DNA of 63,880 nucleotides from a virus (Duplodnaviria; Caudoviricetes): IMG/VR virus record IMGVR_UViG_3300044731_001192, positions 1 to 63,880 of that record; one strand, 5' to 3'. Shown piece by piece: positions 39,740 to 47,029 of this stretch (position 1 is its first letter; each line of letters starts with the position of its first letter). The notes under the pieces were generated by a model. It saw only the letters and a program-made list of their open reading frames with translations, ran no database searches and was not told where the DNA came from. The position numbers and the translations under genes were made by a program.

Positions 39740-40645
39740 GCGTAAGCTGCATTAGCTGTCTTTGGTTTTGGTTACGCAAAACTGCCGTACAATAAAAGTG
39801 TACATTGGGTCTGAAAATAAGCTCAATAAAATCAATGAGTTAAAAACCAAGTTGGCAAATAGCTACAGGAGAAACATATTATACCTGTCAGTATTTGCCA
39901 ACTTTAATGTCAATAAAATCAACTACTTAACGCTTACTGTGTACACTTATACGTTCCAAGATATTCTTTTCTTGCTTTTTTGTAAGTACTTTGCCTTATC
40001 GTAGGTAATTTGTAAGTCAAGGCGTAAGTCAATGCGTAAGCAAGCCATCAGTGTGCTTTGGTTTTGGCTACGCAAAACTGCTTAACTTATTAATATGAGG
40101 TACTCAGTACGAAGTACTCGTACTTAATAATAAGTTTACTTATTGCTTATTGTGCGATGTTGCGTAAGCCGTAAGCCGTAAGCTGGTTCTGGTTTTGTCC
40201 CAAAACTGTTGCTCAAGATAATTATTAATTAAATGCAAAGTATGCTTATTAATTTGCGTAAGCAAAGGGTGTTGCGTAGCAATGTAATGCAATGCTGGTC
40301 TTGGTTTTGTGCCAAAACTGCTGATTACTTATACTATATATATAATATGTACTTATACTGTGCAGTGTAAACAGTAATTGGTTTGTATTGAATCAGTTTG
40401 CTCTGGTTTTGTGCCAAAACTCCCTACTACATTACTTTCAATTACTTTAATATATATATATACGTAGTAAGAACATAGTTTTTTGCGTAAGCTGCGTAGC
40501 ATTTTGTACGGTCATTGTGTTTGGTAAACTATACTGCTGGGGATATTGTTTCATAAAACAGTACTAATGGGGTGCAATGGGCTGCGTAAGCATTGTTTCC
40601 TAAATGAGTACTAATCAGTTGAAGTGTTGCGTAGTCTTGCGTAGC
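39740..40645. repeat. array of 5 palindromic TGGTTTTG-N3/6-CAAAACT units interspersed with GCGTAAG boxes
   Basis: Units at 39763, 40059, 40190, 40302, 40404; GCGTAAG at 39740, 40022, 40034, 40162, 40256, 40485, 40584. Confidence 0.9.
39830..39929 (+). promoter_or_regulatory. two IHF consensus boxes flanking a 13-bp inverted repeat
   Basis: WATCAANNNNTTR at 39830 and 39917; AAGTTGGCAAATA (39849) / TATTTGCCAACTT (39892). Confidence 0.65.
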
Positions 40646-40847
40646 AATTTTTGTCGAAGTAGGGTGTAATGTTTGGCGAGTGGGGCTGTATTAGGAGGGT
40701 TTTTGGCGAAGCCAATGTAGTTAGTTAGGGGGAAATTTGAGTTGTGGAAGTTGGTAGATGGAAATTGTTCGCCATACATGTTCTCGCAAACATAATTTTT
40801 ACTTGAAAGTATCTTTGCGCCATGACGGTATACAAGCAACAATCCAT

Positions 40848-40882
40848 AAAAATACCAGTGCACTTTTAAAATGCACTGGTAT
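40848..40882 (-). terminator. intrinsic terminator
   Basis: ATACCAGTGCA/TGCACTGGTAT stem plus T run on the minus strand. Confidence 0.7.
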
Positions 40883-40891
40883 CAACAAAAA

Positions 40892-41170
40892 TTAATCTTT
40901 TGTTATTTTTAAAGTATAGTCATTTATCCTATACACGCTATAGCTATGCCCATGAATTTTTACTATAAAACCATTGAATGGGATTAATTTTTTTAGTTTA
41001 TATCCTTGCACGTCTATTGTAGTTTCTAAGCTTTTAAAAACTTCGTAACGTAGTAATTGAACAATTAAACTGTTTAGTTTAATCGAATCAATCTCATTTA
41101 AAATGTTATAAGTTTTTCTAGGTATTATTTCGCTTATAATGTTTTCTAATAATTCTATTTCGTATCTCAT
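40892..41170 (-). CDS. hypothetical protein
   Basis: ORF, AGGGG RBS. Confidence 0.65.
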   Translation of the reverse strand: MRYEIELLENIISEIIPRKTYNILNEIDSIKLNSLIVQLLRYEVFKSLETTIDVQGYKLKKLIPFNGFIVKIHGHSYSVYRINDYTLKITKD

Positions 41171-41171
41171 A

Positions 41172-41738
41172 CTATGCCCCTTTTGTTTGTTTAATATCAT
41201 AGTAGTAATTTGTCACAGTACTGCCCGACCGCGTTACACTTTGTTCAATAATCAAATCCAACTCTAGTAATTTTAACTGTTCACGCAACATGTTCAAATC
41301 GATTTGTACTGTCTTACTCTCTCTCTTAAAAGTGAATTGTTGCAATGTGGTATCTATTTTGTTGATGAAAGTACAAGCTTGCATCAAGCTTGTAAAATCA
41401 TACTTGCCAGTATTACATTTTGCCAATAAATCGGCGTGTTTTTTACTTACCGCTTTATTTATGAACAGTTCATTGGCATTGTCTTCCTTGCTTAGGTTGT
41501 ATAATCCATATGCTAACAACCATTCCATGTTACCCATATAGTCAATAGTCGGCAAGTTCTGTATCTCAAACTTGCCATTCCCCTTATCATACGTTTTTAC
41601 TATCTTTAGAGCATTGGCTAACATAACTGATATTTGTTGGTTATTGAACTTTGTTTTAAGTTCTACATCGATAGATTCATTCATTAATGAATCGATAACT
41701 TTAATATTATTTAATTCTAATTGATTTACTTTTGTCAT
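41172..41738 (-). CDS. hypothetical protein
   Basis: ORF, AAGGG RBS. Confidence 0.75.
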   Translation of the reverse strand: MTKVNQLELNNIKVIDSLMNESIDVELKTKFNNQQISVMLANALKIVKTYDKGNGKFEIQNLPTIDYMGNMEWLLAYGLYNLSKEDNANELFINKAVSKKHADLLAKCNTGKYDFTSLMQACTFINKIDTTLQQFTFKRESKTVQIDLNMLREQLKLLELDLIIEQSVTRSGSTVTNYYYDIKQTKGA

Positions 41739-42016
41739 TTTGTTTTTACCCTTTTTAAAATTAATTAGCATCGATTAATACTAATAAGCTATTAATATAG
41801 CTTGTACATAATATAATCGGTTTAATGCCAGCTTGTATACATTTTTTTATACTTTACACGATATTTTACATTTTACACGATTTTACCAACTATTCTATCA
41901 ATCAATTCTAGTCACAATGCCATGCAAGCCACGTCCTATAAGGCTTTATAATACCTAGTACAATGCAAGGTTATTTTAGTAAATAAAAGTAACTTTTTTA
42001 TAATAAATTCTGGTAT

Positions 42017-42082
42017 TAAAATCAATGACTTGCGAATGTATTTTTTTATTATTATTTTATGGTAATAAAATCAATGACTTGC
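42017..42082 (+). promoter_or_regulatory. tandem IHF consensus boxes (17-bp direct repeat TAAAATCAATGACTTGC)
   Basis: 42017-42033 and 42066-42082. Confidence 0.7.
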
Positions 42083-42131
42083 AAGTATGGCGGGTATTGG
42101 TATGTGGGATAGTTGGCAGGACGTGGACATG

Positions 42132-42244
42132 CCCCCCGCCGTACTACTTGAATATAAGGCGGGCGGAGGACTGGGAAGAAGGAGTGGAGGAGGGGAAGTA
42201 GGTGGTATTAAGGGCTGGGTCGCTAGAAAATGTGGGGGGATTTT
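42132..42244 (+). repeat. 113-bp G-rich element, perfect inverted repeat of 63768-63880
   Basis: Base-by-base reverse-complement identity. Confidence 0.97.
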
Positions 42245-42257
42245 TGTTACTTCGTAA

Positions 42258-42767
42258 TCATGCAAGTTCCATTAACTTAACATACACAAGTAAGCACATA
42301 AAAGTATCATTCAATGCGTCATGTTTATCAGTATTAAGCATATCATGAAGTTCTTTAAACAACTTCACAGGATAAAAGTACTCAAAAACATGTACTAACT
42401 TATGTGATTGCAACTCTTTAAGGTATTTTCTAGCCAAACGTAATGTACAAATATCATCAACATTACTATGTAACATGCGTAAGTCAAATGAAACATTATG
42501 CCCAATAACAAGTTCACAATCACTAGGTAAAGCAACACTTGTACTTACAGGTTTACCAAGCAACCTTAGTTTAGTAATTCCATGTACTTCTAATGCTCTT
42601 GGATTAATACTAACAGTTGGATTAAAGTACTCATTAGTAGTAGGTAGGGCTAATATCTCTTCACAACTTAGTGATAATATGTTGTCAGGAACTTTAACAG
42701 TAGCAAGTTGTATCACTTGGTCTCTGCAAGTAACACCTGTAGTTTCAGTATCTATAGCATAAATCAT
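42258..42767 (-). CDS. DEDDh 3'-5' exonuclease (DnaQ-like)
   Basis: DTETTG, GHNVSFD, HDALND. Confidence 0.92.
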   Translation of the reverse strand: MIYAIDTETTGVTCRDQVIQLATVKVPDNILSLSCEEILALPTTNEYFNPTVSINPRALEVHGITKLRLLGKPVSTSVALPSDCELVIGHNVSFDLRMLHSNVDDICTLRLARKYLKELQSHKLVHVFEYFYPVKLFKELHDMLNTDKHDALNDTFMCLLVYVKLMELA

Positions 42768-43060
42768 ATAATTTCCTTATATAGTAACCATTCTCACTAT
42801 CGCTGCTATTATTACTAACAAAACCATAGGTAAGTACATGTGAAAAGTAAAATAACCGATTAAAGTAAGTTCACAAATTATAAATAGTAAAGTAAATTGC
42901 ATATTAACAACCCTCTATTAAGTTAAGAAACAGTTTAACGCACGTCATAAAGCCAAATACCTTAAACATTATAGAAAAATCAGCAGAACCTCTAGTATGT
43001 GCATTTGCTAACAAGTGGCTAAGAATATTACAAGTAATCATTGCTGAAAGTAGTATCACA

Positions 43061-43651
43061 TTAGTCATTACTTTCACTCCATTTTATTATCTCAGGATAC
43101 TTTAATTGTTGTTTAAGTTGATATTCAAAGTCATGCCATTCAATAGCATACCTATGTTTACTTCTTTGCATTATTATGTTTTGTAAACTTGCATAATTAA
43201 ATGTGACCATTCTTGTTTGTAAGAATCCTTCAGGTAGATTATCTCTAAGTAAGATTATATCTTTACAACCATCTTTAAGGTCTAAAAAGGCATTAACAAT
43301 ACTTGCAGAAGTACTAAGACTAAAATCTTGATACGACAATTCAGTCTTACTAAGTGTGTGCATAGTAGAAGCACTTTGACTAACAACCCCTACAGTATAA
43401 GTAGCAAATTGTGACCAGAAGCTTCTAGTACTTGTTATCATTACCCATACATGTATTTGTCTTAGTACTTTACTGTGCGAATAGTTGCCTTCCTTAATAC
43501 TTTTACTGTTAAGTAATGTTAGTAACTTAACCATCTTAGGTCTAACTTCTTTAAAGTACTCCTCAAAAGGGGTATCTTGTTTATAATACGATAAGGCAAG
43601 ACCTCTAAGTGCTTGTTCATGCCCAGCTTCATGTTCTATTGTTAATTTCAT
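43061..43651 (-). CDS. ThyX-like (flavin-dependent thymidylate synthase fold) protein
   Basis: HSKVLR..TRSFWSQF..S.STMH..LPEG..NY.SL..I..QR; canonical RHR motif absent. Confidence 0.6.
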   Translation of the reverse strand: MKLTIEHEAGHEQALRGLALSYYKQDTPFEEYFKEVRPKMVKLLTLLNSKSIKEGNYSHSKVLRQIHVWVMITSTRSFWSQFATYTVGVVSQSASTMHTLSKTELSYQDFSLSTSASIVNAFLDLKDGCKDIILLRDNLPEGFLQTRMVTFNYASLQNIIMQRSKHRYAIEWHDFEYQLKQQLKYPEIIKWSESND

Positions 43652-43652
43652 A

Positions 43653-43829
43653 TTAAATCACCTTGTAAAAATTATCTAAAGCAAGTTTAAAGTCATTGTT
43701 AGTTTTACTTGCCCATCTTTTATGCGTACTACTCTGTCTAAATGCTTCTCGCCAATCACCTTTCAAGTAATAAGCAATACCAGCACTTACAAATACACTA
43801 ATAAGTTCTTTCTTTTCTGCTTCACTCAT
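43653..43829 (-). CDS. hypothetical protein (58 aa)
   Basis: Fills the gap, coupled start. Confidence 0.55.
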   Translation of the reverse strand: MSEAEKKELISVFVSAGIAYYLKGDWREAFRQSSTHKRWASKTNNDFKLALDNFYKVI

Positions 43830-44212
43830 TAAAATTTCCTTTTGTATCTCATAACACCGTTTCGACTTGTAAAAAATAAGTAATTTGTCTTAATATGTTT
43901 GCTACTTAATATTTTTTTCATTTTAGCAAGTACTTTTGGTTCTTTAATTCGTTTACTAAGTAATTTATTTGTAGTGTATTGCTTACTTTTAACAATATCG
44001 CACAAATTACTACTTTTACTACCGAACCCATACTTCTCGTAGAATTCTTTTCTATTAGTTGCAACACTAGCTACTTTAAGCCAATCAGTTTCACTAAGCG
44101 ACCTAGCTTCATGGTACGTACTTAAAAGTAAACATCTTTGTTCAGCAGTACTTAATGTAGCATTAGCAAATTGAGAAGTGACAAGTAGTACTATTAATGT
44201 TAATGTTTTCAT
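43829..44212 (-). CDS. SleB-like cell wall hydrolase with signal peptide
   Basis: CL...YHEAR..VA.V..NR..CDIV...QY. Confidence 0.8.
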   Translation of the reverse strand: MKTLTLIVLLVTSQFANATLSTAEQRCLLLSTYHEARSLSETDWLKVASVATNRKEFYEKYGFGSKSSNLCDIVKSKQYTTNKLLSKRIKEPKVLAKMKKILSSKHIKTNYLFFTSRNGVMRYKRKF

Positions 44213-44235
44213 GATATTCCTATTTATTTGTTTAA

Positions 44236-44463
44236 TTAAACATTAGTTAAGGGTATTAAATTGTAGAACGTAAAGTTTAATTGAGTATCTATTGTTACGT
44301 TATAGTAAATACAATGACCGTCATGACTGTACAAGTTAAAAACAGTACTACCGCCGATACACGTCATATCAACCATACGACCTTCTAAGAACACAACAAT
44401 AAGTGAACTACTTTCAGCAATATTCGATGCTTCTTTTACAGTATAAAGTTTCATATTAACCAC
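44236..44463 (-). CDS. hypothetical protein
   Basis: ORF in operon. Confidence 0.55.
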   Translation of the reverse strand: MVNMKLYTVKEASNIAESSSLIVVFLEGRMVDMTCIGGSTVFNLYSHDGHCIYYNVTIDTQLNFTFYNLIPLTNV

Positions 44464-45013
44464 ACTTACTAAAGCCGCAACTTGTACATGTTAAACACCC
44501 GTCCATTACTACTAGAGCTTCCTCTTTACATTCAGGACAAGTTAGTAATTTGGCAGGGACATTCACACTAACAACAACATTCAAAGAAGTTAAGTGAAAA
44601 TTAATGATGTCACCTATCTCATGGACAAGTGAATTATAATACTTACCTTTACCTGTCGACTTGTCTTTGCCCCAATAACCACTATTAGGAGCTGTTATTA
44701 CTGTAAGTTCTTCTACTACAAAAGAAATATCACCGCCTTTTCGAAATATCGCACTAATCATACGAGTTAATGCACTAATAAATTGAAAATTACTGGTATT
44801 CTTACTATTAACAAACACTTCAAAAGGTACATTATCTAAGTTATTAATTGTAATGTAATAACTATGTTCCTCGTTACTGGGTTTAATTTTGTAAGTAGTG
44901 CCATTTAGTAGTAATGCAGGACGCTCTAATAATGTACTAATAATTGGAGCTTCTTCCTGTACTTCGTCTTTACAAATCTTATAACCTACTATTTTCTTAT
45001 CTATTTTTACCAT
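44456..45013 (-). CDS. class II ribonucleotide reductase C-terminal (TSCPD/NrdJb-like) fragment with Zn ribbon
   Basis: TYKIK..YITIN..PFEVF..ALTRMISAIFRKGGD..CPEC..DGCLTC.SCG.SKCG. Confidence 0.85.
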   Translation of the reverse strand: MVKIDKKIVGYKICKDEVQEEAPIISTLLERPALLLNGTTYKIKPSNEEHSYYITINNLDNVPFEVFVNSKNTSNFQFISALTRMISAIFRKGGDISFVVEELTVITAPNSGYWGKDKSTGKGKYYNSLVHEIGDIINFHLTSLNVVVSVNVPAKLLTCPECKEEALVVMDGCLTCTSCGFSKCG

Positions 45014-45147
45014 TAGTTCACCTTTGATGTTTTACAATGTTAATAATATCTACTGAGTGTCCACAATCTACACACTTCTTAATGCCAAGTGATTGCATAT
45101 AAGTATACGTGTGTGTGTGAAATACTCTGTTGAACATTTTCTTAAAT

Positions 45148-45630
45148 TTACGTATTAGTTTGTACATTTGCTTCAGTCTCTTTCATGTATTCTTGTAAAT
45201 TAAGTTCGTCTACTTCTACTTGCCAAGAAGACAAATTACCTCGCCAAGCATACTTAGGGCTAAGTTTAATTGACTTCCTATTTTTAGAAACTATTAACCC
45301 ATTATCTATTAGTATCTTTAATGCTCTTGACACTGAAGGTAAATCTATATTAAGTTTTTTACTTAAAGTATCTGATGTAATAGTAACAGTGCTGCCTAGT
45401 TCTTTATTAGAAGCTAAGCTATGTATTAGAATATGGTACAATTTTAAAGCAGTAACAGACTTAATGGCTAGTATATTGTCTAAATTGCCCGCCATGTAAT
45501 AACAAAATTGTGGCATAGGTAAATTCCTATCTAAGTTAGTACGTACATGTAAGCTTGTGTTAGTGGGTAGAACCACCTTGCCAAACTTAGTAATGTGTGA
45601 TGTAATAGGGGTGTCGGCATGTAGTTTCAT
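45148..45630 (-). CDS. winged-helix (RepL-like) DNA-binding protein
   Basis: LSKKLNI..PSVSRALKIL...GLI..LSPKYAWRG. Confidence 0.7.
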   Translation of the reverse strand: MKLHADTPITSHITKFGKVVLPTNTSLHVRTNLDRNLPMPQFCYYMAGNLDNILAIKSVTALKLYHILIHSLASNKELGSTVTITSDTLSKKLNIDLPSVSRALKILIDNGLIVSKNRKSIKLSPKYAWRGNLSSWQVEVDELNLQEYMKETEANVQTNT

Positions 45631-45666
45631 TAATGTATCTCGTATTAAGTTTTTGTGATAAATTAC

Positions 45667-45695
45667 ATTATACGATGTACATTAATGTATGTCAA
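45667..45695 (-). promoter_or_regulatory. consensus sigma70 promoter with palindromic operator
   Basis: TTGACA-N17-TATAAT; TACATTAATGTA in the spacer. Confidence 0.85.
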
Positions 45696-45772
45696 TACAA
45701 TAAACAGCACCTACTTTTCTTTACTAATCAACTACTTACTAATTTTCCCTTATATAACATATATAACAAGCA

Positions 45773-45988
45773 TCAAACATACCCATCAGTGTCATCAAAA
45801 TCCTCTTCGTCCGTAGTAAAAAACCCTATAGAAATAACAAAAACTAACCAAGTAACATTTACTGTTAATGCAATAGGTAGTTCAATATCAAAGAACAAGC
45901 ATGGAGTTATCGCTATAATAGACCTATCTAACCATTCAAATCTAATATCAAAGTACATGGTTATTCCAATAAGCGACACTACAAACAA
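45773..45988 (-). CDS. small membrane protein
   Basis: ORF track. Confidence 0.45.
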   Translation of the reverse strand: MFVVSLIGITMYFDIRFEWLDRSIIAITPCLFFDIELPIALTVNVTWLVFVISIGFFTTDEEDFDDTDGYV

Positions 45989-46106
45989 TACTAATACAGG
46001 TTAGTATAATTGCAGTAGTAGTTGTAATGTCAATTTTCCATTTACTAGCAACAAACAACAACAACAGGAAAATTATTACTAATACAATCGGTGCAATAAT
46101 TAACAT
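45948..46106 (-). CDS. small membrane protein
   Basis: GGAGG RBS, hydrophobic. Confidence 0.5.
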   Translation of the reverse strand: MLIIAPIVLVIIFLLLLFVASKWKIDITTTTAIILTCISIVCSVAYWNNHVL

Positions 46107-46107
46107 A

Positions 46108-46569
46108 TTAAAACCTCCCACTACTACCGAAACCACCAATACCTCTATTAGTTTCATTAGTAAATTCAACAACCTCATTAAACAACCTAGTACTACATCT
46201 TGTAATAACAAGTTGAGCTAATCTTTCACCTTGTTTAACTTCTAAACATTCTTCCATATTAGTATTAAGAATAAGTAATTGTATTTCGCCGTGATAATTA
46301 CTATCAATGCACCCAATAGTATTAGCTAATACCCCGCCACGTTTACCTAATGAGCTTCTAGGTATTAATAAACCTACAGTATTTCTACTATCTAAAGCTA
46401 TATGTACACCAGTAGGTACAATTACTGTTTCTTCAGGGAAAATGCTAATACTTTTAAATGGAATACAGGCACGTAAGTCATAACCAGCATCACCTTCTTT
46501 CTGTTGTGTAGGTTTAAAGTCAAATTCAGTAAGTTCTTTAGCTAATTGTGTTAATTTATATTCTAACAT
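46108..46569 (-). CDS. dut: trimeric dUTPase
   Basis: AGYDL, PRSS, GCIDSNYHGE, ERLAQL, RG.GGFGSSG. Confidence 0.95.
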   Translation of the reverse strand: MLEYKLTQLAKELTEFDFKPTQQKEGDAGYDLRACIPFKSISIFPEETVIVPTGVHIALDSRNTVGLLIPRSSLGKRGGVLANTIGCIDSNYHGEIQLLILNTNMEECLEVKQGERLAQLVITRCSTRLFNEVVEFTNETNRGIGGFGSSGRF

Positions 46570-46753
46570 TTTGTATCCTTTGAATAGTTAATAAGAAGTT
46601 CGTAACGTGAACTATTCGATAATAGCCTAAGCTGCTATCAGATATGTAATAGCACAGTATAAGGTAATACTCACTTATCTATTATAGCTGGGATGTAGGA
46701 ATGAGTAACCTAAGCTCTAACCAGCAATACTAGCATTTATACTTTGCCAAAGT

Positions 46754-47029
46754 TTACGAAAACTTATTATCTATTATCAATGCACCGTTAAGTACAATCT
46801 TCACTCTACCAATTTCGGTAATAATACCCAGCTTCAGTAATTTATGTAAACATTTATTAACATTACATTGTGTCATGCCTAATTGTTTAGCTATTTGTGT
46901 TTGACTTATGGTTATAAACAAGTCATGTTGGTTATCTTGCTGTTTCAGTAGTAAAAACAGTACCCTGAAGTCACTACTATGTAATTTGAACAGCTCATTA
47001 GTATAAATATCAGTATGTAGGTGAATCAT
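46754..47029 (-). CDS. winged-helix DNA-binding protein
   Basis: SQTQIAKQLGMT...V...L.KL.KLGII. Confidence 0.7.
   Translation of the reverse strand: MIHLHTDIYTNELFKLHSSDFRVLFLLLKQQDNQHDLFITISQTQIAKQLGMTQCNVNKCLHKLLKLGIITEIGRVKIVLNGALIIDNKFS

Noticed and set aside
40084-40136. Hammerhead ribozyme in the three-stem spacer
   Set aside because: CUGANGA and GAAA core motifs are absent on both strands.
39740-40645. CRISPR array (unit GTTTTGTCCCAAAAC resembles type II repeat ends)
   Set aside because: Repeats are only 18-26 bp and variable, spacers ~80-270 bp and irregular; no cas operon or tracr-like anti-repeat seen.
39362-40863. Short ORFs 39362..39577, 39480..39779, 39762..40004, 40615..40863
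   Set aside because: Low-complexity or repeat-derived, with no RBS; region treated as non-coding.
42071-42265. Pro-rich 64-aa ORF
   Set aside because: Probably a by-product of the C-rich repeat; the second copy lacks the start, although its ATG does overlap the exonuclease 3' end.
46685-46735. tRNA (GCTGGTTAGAGC D-arm-like on the minus strand)
   Set aside because: No T-arm (GTTCRA) or cloverleaf.
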